Positions 1 through 14,400 of a stretch of DNA of 64,000 nt are shown here, in pieces. The notes beneath the pieces were generated by a model. The model made no database searches and was not told the DNA's origin. It worked only from the letters and a program-made list of their open reading frames with translations. The stretch lies in assembly GCA_964016885.1 (NCBI GenBank), contig OZ024740.1, forward strand, positions 47,120,001 through 47,184,000, in the 5' to 3' direction. Within the stretch, counting starts at the first letter, position 1; every line of letters starts with the position of its first letter. The position numbers and the translations under genes were made by a program. The stretch comes from Eledone cirrhosa. Taxonomy: Eukaryota.

Positions 1-161
1 CCCATGGTAAGGTTTTGCGTATGCTTGTGTATGTACGTATCTGTTTGCATGTATGTATTATTTGTTTCTATTACTTCTGTATTGTATTTATTTACTTTGT
101 TCTTAACTCTGTAGCGGAGATTCATTTGGTCTCCTAGTTAGAATTTTAGTCTACGATTTCT

Positions 162-648
162 GCTATACCATTTACGTGGTTTTGTCTTTGCGTGCTATTG
201 TTCTCCACGCTCCACATATGACTTATTATCTTCGTTTTTTCGTTCATTGCCAGAGAACGTCTCTATGCACCACCTAAGAGAACATTAGTCTACGACCTCT
301 TTTATACCATAAACGTGGTTTTGTCTTTGCGCGTAATTGTTTTTCACCGCTCCTATTAATGACGTATTATTCGTTTTTTCCCGTTCTTTGCCAGCGAACG
401 TTACCACGATCCAAAGTATCGTCTTCCTGTCTTCCTCCGGTTGCAACGTTTTTTGAAATATCCAGTTCTGCGTTTACAGATTGACTTTGTTAGTTTCAGA
501 AGATCCCGTTAAGGGTGAAAGCAGCGATTCTTTGCTTAAACTTTAATCTGTTATTTTAATAAATATTTGCTCTACGGTTCTTATATATTTGATATATATT
601 TTCCTTATCGAGCCCTCTTTGGATTTTAGTCTTCAATTTTATTATTAT

Positions 649-708
<60 letters not shown>

Positions 709-1457
709 TAAAATAGCAGATTAAAGTTTAAGCAAAGAATCGCTGCTTTCACCCTTAACGGGATCTTCTGAAACTAACAAAGTCAATCTGTAAACGCAGA
801 AGTGGATATTTCAAAAAACGTTGCAACCGGAGGAAGACAGGAAGACGATACTTTGGTTCGTGGAAACGTTCGCTGGCAAAGATCGGGAAAAAACGAATAT
901 AATACGTCATTAATAGGAGCGGTGAAAAACAATTACGCGCAAAGACAGAACCACGTTTATGGTATCAAAGAAGTCGTAGACTAATGTTCTCTTAGGTGGT
1001 TCATAGAGACGTTCTCTGGCAATGAACGAAAAAAACGAAGATAATACGTCATATGTGGAGCGTGGAGAACAATTACACGCAAAGACAAAACCACGTAAAT
1101 ATACAGCTATACCATTTACGTGGTTTTGTCTTTGCGTGCAATTGTTCTCCACGCTCCACATATGACGTATTATCTTCGTTTTTCCGTTCTTTGCCAGGGA
1201 ACGTTTCCACGAATCAAAGTATCGTCTTCCTGTCTTCCTCCGGTTGCAACGTTTTTTGAAATATCCACTTCTGCGTTTACAGATTGACTTTGTTAGTTTC
1301 AGAAGATGCCGTTAAGGGTGAAAGCAGCGATTCTTTGTTTAAACTTTAATCTGTTATTTTAATAAATATTTGCTCTACGGTTCTTATATATTTCATATAT
1401 ATTTATCCTTATCGAGCCCGCTTTGGATTTTAGTCTTCAAATTTATTATTATTACTA
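162..1457. repeat. Direct/inverted triplet of a ~400-490 bp non-coding element (fwd 162-650, (TA)n, reverse 701-1100, fwd 1106-1457); PLE pseudo-LTR-like
   Basis: 701-1100 is the reverse complement of ~170-566; 1106-1457 repeats 162-650 minus one ~135-bp internal subrepeat; both forward copies end in (TA)n. Confidence 0.85.
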
Positions 1458-1458
1458 T

Positions 1459-1499
<41 letters not shown>

Positions 1500-1629
1500 A
1501 ATAATTGCACACACACCCACATATATTAATAACAATCTTCATTTTCCTGCTAAGAGTTATGTCATCTTAGTGTGTTTTTTTTTACAGTTTATAAACATTT
1601 TTTTTTTATTACTTTAAATCTCTTATTAT

Positions 1630-1772
1630 AGGTGGTTAATTGGCTGAACAGTTAAAATATCGCATAGAGCATTTTGCAGTATAGATTCCGGTTTCTGTAA
1701 GGTCAACTTTGCCTTTCAACCTTTCGAGGTCGATAAATAAAGCGCAACTCCAGTACTGGGGTCGACTGTATC
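1630..1772 (+). mobile_element. tRNA-derived SINE, Nin/Deu-domain type (degenerate)
   Basis: ggtcaactttgcctttcaacctttcgaggtcgataaataaag...cagtactggggtcga, shared with many copies in the window. Confidence 0.7.
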
Positions 1773-1796
1773 TTTATATCTTCTCGCCTCTTGCGT

Positions 1797-1945
1797 GAAA
1801 GCGCACGGCTTAGTGGTTAAGGCATTGGGCTTACAATCGAAAGGTTGTGAGTTAAATTCTAGGACCGGGTGATGTATTGTTTCCTTGAGCAAGACACTTA
1901 ATTTAACGTTGCTCCAGTTTACTCAGCTGTAGAAATGAGATGATA
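1797..1945 (+). mobile_element. tRNA-derived SINE with CORE-like domain
   Basis: A-box-like ggcttagtggttaagg, B-box-like gagttaaattc, then ccttgagcaagacacttaa. Confidence 0.7.
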
Positions 1946-3424
1946 AGACTGGTGTCCCTATCATTAAATCACGCAAGACACCTCCAACAAGATATACCTT
2001 GTAGGAGGCCAGGTAAACCTGCATAGGTGTGAGCTGTCACACATACTCTCTATCATTCTCTCTTTCTTCTGGAGAAGATTTGGCTCCGGAAAATATAAAA
2101 TCCCCAGGATGGCACTGCTACAACTCTATCAGGATTTACGGGTCCATGCGTACATACAAATCTCTTACTTGCCCTCGTGACAACCAGTATGGCTTTCGTG
2201 GATACTGCCATGTGTTATTTAAAATCGGCAATGTCTTTAACCATGTCTGATATGAGAATTTCCTGTTTAAGTTGATTAATCTACTTGCTGCCATTTCCTA
2301 CTACATGCTTTCCTATTTAATTGATATAGCTCTGCCATATGTAACGTAGGCATTCCACACCAGGGCTGCACTGTTTCCATGAACTGAAGCAAAGGAAACA
2401 TTTTTAAAAGGGGACACGTCACACTTAGTCTTCTTCAACAACACAGATACGCAATCCCTACACATTTTAAGGAAATATTCATGTATCTCAATCTCTCTAG
2501 TCATGAACAATACTCAGTTAAAGCCCCAATCATCTCTTGGTGACTTTACATATATAACATTGTGGAAACTGCATCACAAAGCTTAAGCTTCATATTCCTA
2601 TCTAGAAAATACTTTACATTGATTAGTTGCTTACCGTCTAAAAATCTAGAGCGTTAACAACATTAAAGTACAATACACAGATCAGAAAAGGTGCTGCTGG
2701 TACACAAACGTTCTAAGCCGCATTTAAAGGAAGGCTATCTGGCTAAAATAAAAAAAATTAGACATCATCACAATGCAAGTACTGGTTTACATATGCGCTC
2801 AAGTCCCTCGTTACCAATATTACAACAGCCATTAGTCCTCATAGCATTATACCGACACTATTCAGGATAAACCGAAACGCATACCTCTTCTTATTTAACC
2901 CCATCGTGGATTTCAAACTAAGTACTTTCCCCAATCCATCCTCCCTAAAACTTCTCTTCCCACCCATGTTATATTTTATTCTGAAATGCTTGACAGTCAG
3001 AACCAATACCCACTCCGCTAACTAACTTACAAAAACATTCAAATGATTAAATTCTGTTTAATCATTCATGCTGTTCTGTCTTAATATATTTACACCCCAT
3101 AAGTAGATATCATACTTCATTGGATGCAACTAAAGATAAGTTGCTGTGGATATATAAACACATATACACACATAAATGTACAACTAAGTGTATGTATGTT
3201 TCATTTAGTTATCTGAGACTTCCATGATGGATTAAGGCGGCATATCTAGCTTAAGTTATAAGCATCATTCATGACCGTTGTTGATTCTCAAAAATGGTGT
3301 ATCTATCGGGATTGGGTAGTGATGGTACATAGTTATTCAGAAATTATTGTAGTAGCCATAAATGAAATAGAGAGACACTGCAGCCCATTTGTAGGATAAT
3401 GGCAGTAGTAGGTTTGTGAGTAGA

Positions 3425-3590
3425 TTGTTGCTATTTAACCCCATGCCAAGTTGTTGTTTTAACCAAAATTACTCATGTTCGAGCAGACCTGCAATCAAAG
3501 ACATTCCAGCAGGGATCATCCTGTCTTTTATTCAGATACAGTGTGTGTATGTAGGCCAAGATTATCCAAAGTATCCTATCATTTATACGG
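3425..3590 (+). repeat. Dispersed repeat family (related pieces at ~41755-41860, 42410-42480, 63250-63430)
   Basis: shared degenerate gagcagacct...caaagacattccagc...atcctgtctttt motif. Confidence 0.5.
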
Positions 3591-4143
3591 CATATTCGGT
3601 TGAATGGACTTCAGTACATTACATGTCCCTTTATCAAACTCCTTAAATTGTAATTTAGTGAAGAAATACAATAATGTAAGACGATATTTGACTCATTGTT
3701 ATCCTCTTTTTGACAACTCACCATCCATAATTTGGAGCATTATTCTCCGGCTTTCATCGAATTTTAAAAAAACAATTAATTAAAATATTACTGCAACCTA
3801 CTCCTTTTAAGCCTCTGATTATTTCCTCCATCGGATCGCTGCTCTCCAATTTTCTTTTCGTTCAAATATTTACACCATATCAATTTCAGATGTATATTAA
3901 AAAAAACCAAAAAACAGTTGAGATATTTGTTAGTGGTAAATATTGACATTACAAAAGTTTTAATAAACTGATATGAAGTGGAATATATCAATATCATTTC
4001 AACATTGATTTCATGACCGACTAAATAAACTTCTGAGAATCCGCAGACATTTATCGAGAAGACATTGTTGTCTATAATGTGGAAAGATATATAATGTAAA
4101 CATATACAATGTAAAGATATACAATGTAAAAAGATATAAAATA

Positions 4144-4716
4144 CAGGGGCGAAGGGTGCGTGCATGCAATGCATGCAGTGCATGCGTTATAGAATCTTGG
4201 GTTGATCAATTGCGTCGGTTGAAGCAAGCAGAATTTTGGCTGCTTACTAAATCGTAGACACATAGAAAGAGAACACACACACACATACACACACATACAC
4301 ACAAACACACGACAGCGTCGGTTGAAGCAAGCAGAATTTTGGCTGCTTGCTAAATCGTAGACACATAAAAAGATAACACACACACATACACACAAACACA
4401 CGACAGCGTCGGTTAAAGCAAGCAGAATTTTGGCTGCTTGCTAAATCGTAGACACATAAAAAGATAACACACACACATACACACAAACACACGACAGCGT
4501 CGGTTAAAGCAAGCAGAATTTTGGCTGCTTGCTAAATTGTAGACACATAAAAAGATAACACACACACACACACACACACTAGATAACACTACATGCGGCT
4601 TTGACCGGGAGTGTCATTTAGAGGGAATTGGGAAGGGGGGGGGGGCTGCACAGCTCCACTTTCTGCCATGGCGATTGGACTGCATGCCCTGCTTTTCAGG
4701 TTACCCTTCGCCACTG
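4144..4716. mobile_element. Non-autonomous DNA transposon (MITE), hAT-like, with internal tandem repeats
   Basis: TIRs CAGGGGCGAAGGGT (4144) and ACCCTTCGCCACTG (to 4716); inserted in a gatatacaatgtaaa repeat with a degenerate 8-bp TSD. Confidence 0.7.
4212..4580. repeat. ~91-103 bp tandem repeat x4 with CA-rich tails
   Basis: gcgtcggttaaagcaagcagaattttggctgcttgctaaatcgtagacacataaaagataacacac... repeated four times. Confidence 0.9.
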
Positions 4717-5227
4717 ATACATTGTAAATATACAATGTAAAGATATACAATGTAAAAATGGACTGTAAGATGAGGTAGCGAAAAAGTAAGTTACCTTTGT
4801 TTTATTGTTGTTGCTGTTGTTTCTTCTGTCCTAATATTTCGGGACTTAAAATTGCCTTCTTCAGAATATAAGGTACTTTCATAGAATAATGTTTCGGTTG
4901 TCATTTCTATGTCAATTATGAGTTGTCTTTCGCTCGAATCTATATTGACCCACTTGCCAGAATTCTTTTTCTCATGTTAGGTTTTTCTAGGAGGAAACCT
5001 ATAACAGGTTCACTAAAGAGATTCATCTGTAGAAGTTGTAGTGGTTATAAACATTTGTATAAAATATGAAAGTGTTGACATGCTTAACATTCTTGTCATG
5101 GAATGTATAATGTTATAACTAATCATTTTACCAAACACAATAAAATAGCTTCATAATTTAGTTCTGATTTAATGTTTAATACTCCACAAATGTGTGTAGG
5201 TACACATACATAGATAATATATATATA

Positions 5228-5312
5228 TGGCTTCTACAGGACTAGAACTGTTTCATTCAAAGGAAATTATCTGGCTAGTACTGTGGTAGATTCTTCCTCT
5301 ATATCTCTTTCT
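5228..5312 (+). mobile_element. (TA)n-associated short repeat family, partial copy
   Basis: gcttctacaggactagaactgtttcattcaaagg..., matching 8060-8140, 24373-24400 and 25056-25080. Confidence 0.7.
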
Positions 5313-7800
<2,488 letters not shown>

Positions 7801-7837
7801 TAGAGGTGGTGAAGTGGAGGGAGGGGTGGAAGGAGCA

Positions 7838-7897
<60 letters not shown>

Positions 7898-7966
7898 ATA
7901 TATATATATATATATACCTATATATATATATATATACCTATATATATATATATATATATATATATA

Positions 7967-8180
7967 GGTGTGTGTGTGTATCCAGGGTTCAATTGGGAGT
8001 AACCACAGTAACTAAGGTACTCGATACATAGTAGAGTATATACGATATTTAATATAGAAATAGCTTCTACAGGACTAGAACTGTTTCATTCAAGGAAATC
8101 ATCTGGCTAGTACTGGGTCGATTCTTCCTCTATATCTCTTTCTCATTTCCTATCTCTCACTCTCTATCTTTCTCTGGAAG
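7967..8180 (+). mobile_element. (TA)n-associated short repeat family, fuller copy
   Basis: gggagtaaccacagtaactaaggtactcgatacatagtagagtata...gcttctacaggactagaactgtttc; other copies at 24287, 24982, 30570, 47880(-), 61940(-). Confidence 0.75.
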
Positions 8181-8384
8181 AAATCTGATGTACTCAAGCC
8201 TGAAGAGAGATGGGTTCCGCCAGGCTTAAAATGCCCAAGAAGCGTCATATGTCAATACGGCGCCCTACGACTCTATCAGGAGTTACGTGACCATGTTTGC
8301 GTATGTATGTATGTATGTATGTATGTATGTATGTATGTATGTATGTATGTATGTATGTATGTATGTATGTATGTATGTATGTAT

Positions 8385-9020
8385 GTATGGAGAAGGAGAA
8401 CTCTGATATAACACCTGCAACCCTGATGGTATCCAATGATGTTGACTTGTTCTTCTTTTTGGTAAATATCATCTCGGTTAAGAGAGTGGGACTGGCTTTG
8501 TGCAGTGCCTTTGCTCACTATAAAAGCTTCACGGCACAGGCATTGCTATATATCTGGAGATCTCTCTGCACTTGTCGTCACATGGTACCATGGGCCCAGC
8601 ACTATGTGTCAATAATTGTCACAACTGTAGTGTTTGTACCAGAGTTTTCAAGTCGCTGACTGGACTAAAAAGTCACACTCGTTCAGCGCATCGGTAGGAG
8701 TTCTCCTACATGGATATAAAGTAGTGGCCGTACTCGAAAACGAGTTGGCAGCCACCATGTATGTGTGTAGCAACTCAGGAAACTGGGATAACTCCGATAT
8801 AAAACCTGCGGCTCAGTAGTTACCGATTATGTTGATCTTTTCTTCTTTTTGGGTTATAGCTACTGTCGCTCAGAGAGTGGGATTGGTTCAGTGCACAGTC
8901 TTTCCTTACTTTAAAAAATATCTTCATGCACAGGCATTGCACGATAGAATTAATTAATAATTATTAATAATGGTATATCATGCATTGGCCATACTCGACA
9001 ACGAGGGGGCAGCCATCATG
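8385..9020. repeat. Diverged ~400-bp direct duplication between (TATG)n arrays
   Basis: aactctgatataacacctgc...agagagtgggactgg...cacaggcattgc (8399-8546) vs aactccgatataaaacctgc...agagagtgggattgg...cacaggcattgc (8790-8940). Confidence 0.6.
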
Positions 9021-9159
9021 TATGTATGTATGTATGTATGTATGTATGTATGTATGTATGTATGTATGTATGTACGTACGTACGTACGTACGTACGTATG
9101 TATGTATGTATGTATGTATGTATGTATGTATGTATGTATGTATGTATGTATGTATATAA

Positions 9160-9660
9160 GATGTGTGTATGAAGACGTACATAAGCATATAATACGTTTA
9201 TATACAATAAACATATGGGTAACCATGCTGCCGAAGAAAAATACTTTTTTGTAATGAAACGAAAATGATTATATTTTTCTCTATTTCCCTCTATAGATAT
9301 TTCTTAGAGTTGCCAGTAAATTCTGCAGTGACTCTCACCCGAAACACACTGGCATGAAATAGACTATAGTCTACATAGGATATTGCGTGATGATCACTTG
9401 CAGGAGATTCTCATTTGCATATAGCAAATAGAAAACGTCGTCTAGAAATTAACATTTGCCTATAGTGCAAGATTGGCTAGTTATATTTAGTTAGCGGTAG
9501 TACTAAGACAGCGTTTAAGCATGATAGAGGTATATGAAGACGTACGAATATATAAACAAATATAATACTTTTATGTACGATGAACATATGGGTAGCCTCG
9601 CTTTCGAAGAAAAATACTTTTTCGTAACAAAACGAATCGAAAAAATTTGAATTTTTTCCA
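9160..9660 (+). repeat. Dispersed repeat with internal ~100-bp direct repeat; homologous to 48025-48555
   Basis: gtatgaagacgtac...aaacatatgggta...cgaagaaaaatactttt at 9168 and 9531; ctcatttgcatatagcaaatagaaaa shared with 48305. Confidence 0.6.
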
Positions 9661-10085
9661 TTTTCCTCTACGAATCTAAACTATAATAAAGTAAGGAGTG
9701 CGGGACTGCATCCAGAATATATTTTTTTATCCCGTTTGTAAAATAAGTTGGATTACTTTGAATAAATAATGAATGAATATTACATAATTTATCTGCTAAA
9801 TTTCGTAGCTTTTGATTAAATATATTTTATTGCTTATTTAAAGATTCACTTCTTTAAAATTTTCAAATGTCAACACTTCCGGTTATCGATCGCTTAAATA
9901 AATATTCATATATTTCCGTCACTAATTTTCTCCTAATGCAGTTTATATATAATATCGTCTTTTTTTAATGTGTCATGGATTACGTTACTGATTACATACG
10001 TCTTCGTTCAATTTCTGTGTATATTGTCAATTACGATTTTATTTCATGTATCATATCAACATGCATATATACTTTTACCCGCCTT

Positions 10086-10169
<84 letters not shown>

Positions 10170-10175
10170 ATATAT

Positions 10176-10262
<87 letters not shown>

Positions 10263-10551
10263 CAAATAACGAAACGAAATTAAATTTCGTTTCGTTTGTA
10301 ACTCACTTTTGTATGACTGACGCTTAAACAATTAAGTTAAAGATGTACATCCATATATGTATACTGAAATACTAGTATGTATATGAATACACACACGTAT
10401 ACATATGTAGATGTACCAAGTTTTTTCACTGGTCACTTTACTGTGAGTGGCCAGCTATTCTGTATGTAAACACACAGACAAACCGGTTTTTAGAGTCATA
10501 CTGGTTTTTGAGGAAACACCTTTCCTCTATTCTCCAGAAAGCCAGACAAGG

Positions 10552-10596
10552 AATATTGAACTAGTTTCGTTGTTGTTACAACTCATCAGCAATATT
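10552..10596 (-). ncRNA. Minimal type I hammerhead ribozyme, copy 1
   Basis: AAUAUUG-CUGAUGA-GUUGU AACA ACAAC-GAA-ACUAGU-U-CAAUAUU: 7-bp stem I, intact core, 5-bp stem II, palindromic stem III, GUU triplet. Confidence 0.9.
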
Positions 10597-11018
10597 TACC
10601 TATCTTCCGGCCTCTCTAGAGAATCGTAAAAGCACATATCGTTATATGCTTTTTCTATGAAAATTAGTAGTGGGCAGACTAATTTGCATAGAGTGTGAGT
10701 AAGTACCGGTTCAACGGAGACGATAAAAACAAATAACGAAACGAAATTAAATTTCGTTTCGTTTGTAACTCACTTTTGTATGACTGACGCTTAAACAATT
10801 AAGTTAAAGATGTACATCCATATATGTATACTGAAATACTAGTATGTATATGAATACACACACGTATACATATGTAGATGTACCAAGTTTTTTCACTGGT
10901 CACTTTACTGTGAGTGGCCAGCTATTCTGTATGTAAACACACAGACAAACCGGTTTTTAGAGTCATACTGGTTTTTGAGGAAACACCTTTCCTCTATTCT
11001 CCAGAAAGCCAGACAAGG

Positions 11019-11063
11019 AATATTGAACTAGTTTCGTTGTTGTTACAACTCATCAGCAATATT
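11019..11063 (-). ncRNA. Hammerhead ribozyme, copy 2
   Basis: identical to copy 1. Confidence 0.9.
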
Positions 11064-11485
11064 TACCTATCTTCCGGCCTCTCTAGAGAATCGTAAAAGC
11101 ACATATCGTTATATGCTTTTTCTATGAAAATTAGTAGTGGGCAGACTAATTTGCATAGAGTGTGAGTAAGTACCGGTTCAACGGAGACGATAAAAACAAA
11201 TAACGAAACGAAATTAAATTTCGTTTCGTTTGTAACTCACTTTTGTATGACTGACGCTTAAACAATTAAGTTAAAGATGTACATCCATATATGTATACTG
11301 AAATACTAGTATGTATATGAATACACACACGTATACATATGTAGATGTACCAAGTTTTTTCACTGGTCACTTTACTGTGAGTGGCCAGCTATTCTGTATG
11401 TAAACACACAGACAAACCGGTTTTTAGAGTCATACTGGTTTTTGAGGAAACACCTTTCCTCTATTCTACAGAAAGCCAGACAAGG

Positions 11486-11530
11486 AATATTGAACTAGTT
11501 TCGTTGTTGTTACAACTCATCAGCAATATT
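11486..11530 (-). ncRNA. Hammerhead ribozyme, copy 3
   Basis: identical to copy 1. Confidence 0.9.
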
Positions 11531-11952
11531 TACCTATCTTCCGGCCTCTCTAGAGAATCGTAAAAGCACATATCGTTATATGCTTTTTCTATGAAAATTA
11601 GTAGTGGGCAGACTAATTTGCATAGAGTGTGAGTAAGTACCGGTTCAACGGAGACGATAAAAACAAATAACGAAACGAAATTAAATTTCGTTTCGTTTGT
11701 AACTCACTTTTGTATGACTGACGCTTAAACAATTAAGTTAAAGATGTACATCCATATATGTATACTGAAATACTAGTATGTATATGAATACACACACGTA
11801 TACATATGTAGATGTACCAAGTTTTTTCACTGGTCACTTTACTGTGAGTGGCCAGCTATTCTGTATGTAAACACACAGACAAACCGGTTTTTAGAGTCAT
11901 ACTGGTTTTTGAGGAAACACCTTTCCTCTATTCTCCAGAAAGCCAGACAAGG

Positions 11953-11997
11953 AATATTGAACTAGTTTCGTTGTTGTTACAACTCATCAGCAATATT
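11953..11997 (-). ncRNA. Hammerhead ribozyme, copy 4
   Basis: identical to copy 1. Confidence 0.9.
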
Positions 11998-12419
11998 TAC
12001 CTATCTTCCGGCCTCTCTAGAGAATCGTAAAAGCACATATCGTTATATGCTTTTTCTATGAAAATTAGTAGTGGGCAGACTAATTTGCATAGAGTGTGAG
12101 TAAGTACCGGTTCAACGGAGACGATAAAAACAAATAACGAAACGAAATTAAATTTCGTTTCGTTTGTAACTCACTTTTGTATGACTGACGCTTAAACAAT
12201 TAAGTTAAAGATGTACATCCATATATGTATACTGAAATACTAGTATGTATATGAATACACACACGTATACATATGTAGATGTACCAAGTTTTTTCACTGG
12301 TCACTTTACTGTGAGTGGCCAGCTATTCTGTATGTAAACACACAGACAAACCGGTTTTTAGAGTCATACTGGTTTTTGAGGAAACACCTTTCCTCTATTC
12401 TCCAGAAAGCCAGACAAGG

Positions 12420-12464
12420 AATATTGAACTAGTTTCGTTGTTGTTACAACTCATCAGCAATATT
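12420..12464 (-). ncRNA. Hammerhead ribozyme, copy 5
   Basis: identical to copy 1. Confidence 0.9.
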
Positions 12465-12835
12465 TACCTATCTTCCGGCCTCTCTAGAGAATCGTAAAAG
12501 CACATATCGTTATATGCTTTTTCTATGAAAATTAGTAGTGGGCAGACTAATTTGCATAGAGTGTGAGTAAGTACCGGTTCAACGGAGACGATAAAAACAA
12601 ATAACGAAACGAAATTAAATTTCGTTTCGTTTGTAACTCACTTTTGTATGACTGACGCTTAAACAATTAAGTTAAAGATGTACATCCATATATATATACT
12701 GAAATACTAGTATGTATATGAATACACACACGTATACATATGTAGATGTACCAAGTTTTTTCACTGGTCACTTTACTGTGAGTGGCCAGCTATTCTGTAT
12801 GTAAACACACAGACAAACCGGTTTAACTTAATTGT

Positions 12836-12921
<86 letters not shown>

Positions 12922-12959
12922 ACGTGCGAGTTGTCTACAGTTACCTCCGTACCATGGTT

Positions 12960-13310
12960 TCACAATAATATCCAGTAATTTGAAAAATGGATTTTCAGTT
13001 TAAACCAAATTATAACATCTGTGATGTTTTCTCCCATATTCAATCTTGTAGAGGTCTTTATTTTTTTTCAGAGGATTTAATTTAATGCCAAAGTCCATTT
13101 TATATTTATAGTGTTAATTAGCCGACATTTTGGTGCATTGTTGTGAAGTTGTCGTTGAGTAATATGTGTGGGTTTTTCTTGGTCTTGCGGTAGGTCTTGT
13201 GTATGTTGAATTTGGTTTCCATTTTGTTTTGGTTTTGTATTGATGTTATTTCACATATTATTTCTGAATTGTTTATAGGTGTTTGTTATATCAACATATT
13301 ATTAGTTTTG
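12960..13310 (-). pseudogene. Highly decayed PLE reverse transcriptase fragment (Hydra-type-like)
   Basis: minus-strand pieces PKCRLINT and ENITDVIIWFK...LDII resemble the CRLINP / W.NT..VI.WF / DI motifs of these RTs; frameshifted. Confidence 0.5.
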
Positions 13311-13719
13311 TTTGAAAATACGAACACCCACGCATGCAGCTATAAAATTAAATGAGCTCAAAAATATATTGCACTCTAGAGATTCAATTTATTTGACAGC
13401 AACGAATGCTCTGTTTTTATTATAGAAAAATGAATGTGTGAACTCGGAGTCTTATTTACCTCGGTTAAATTAGAACAAATGAGTTATAAAAATGGTGTGA
13501 ACCTGCATGCGGGCGAACTTAACGAAGCCATAGAATTAGCCGGTTACTCTACAACACTTTGTATAGGGAAAAAAATATTTCATCGTATAAAAGTTGAATT
13601 GTTCAATCATACAAACAGAACAAACCAAATAGGGGACGACTGCGAATGCAGAAAAACCAACAACTAATACAGGATTTATTAGCACTTGCTTCAGGCTGCG
13701 AACGTCTACAACACCACAG

Positions 13720-13851
<132 letters not shown>

Positions 13852-14358
13852 AAAGAAATACATAGAGGTGGGTGGTTGGTTGTGTATAGGGAGAGGTCTG
13901 AAAGATACATCAATATATAGTTAGGACCAACACAAAAATAAGCAATCTCTCCCACACACATATGTAGAAGTCTCCAGGTAGCGGCTTGCCGTAAGGAACA
14001 AAAATGAAAAACTCTATCATCTCGAAAATAGCCTCTGTTTCGAATAAATAAAAAAAACAAATAAAAACTTCTATTGTATACTTTATTGTTCTTTGTAAAA
14101 CAAAACTTACCGTGAGAGCGAGAGGAAGAGCGAACTGCTAGATAAATAGTGAGATAGGTGGTGAGATAACAGATAGAAAGATAGATGGAACAGAGCGAAA
14201 AAAGACGACAGAGAGGCGGGAATAACTTCAGAGATAAGCAGACGTGCTGAAGTGTACGTATACAGTTGTCAGAACATCACATGTGATTAGCATGCGGAAG
14301 ACGTTTGAAAAATTCGGTGAGAAACAGAGAAGACAAGGGTAAGAGAAGAGAAGCAAAC

Positions 14359-14400
<42 letters not shown>

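Larger units (their letters stand above)
10255..12823 (-). repeat. 467-bp tandem array, 5.5 near-identical units, one HHR per full unit (retrozyme-like)
   Basis: Exact 467 period (ORF track at 10447/10914/11381/11848/12315); only two substitutions seen; (TA)n on both sides. Confidence 0.97.

Noticed and set aside
2150-2890. Ancient RT/GIY-YIG remnants (also 15540-15880, 20900-21400, 41900-42070)
   Set aside because: Only isolated motif-like words such as GIPHQG; too decayed to call.
8196-8228. CUGAAGA hammerhead
   Set aside because: No downstream GAAA or stem II/III.
10447-12497. Five identical 60-aa ORFs in the tandem array
   Set aside because: GTG start, no recognisable domain, antisense to the ribozyme; a by-product of the repeat.
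10255-12823. CRISPR-like or rDNA/snRNA tandem array
   Set aside because: No variable spacers and no similarity I can recognise to 5S, tRNA or snRNA genes.
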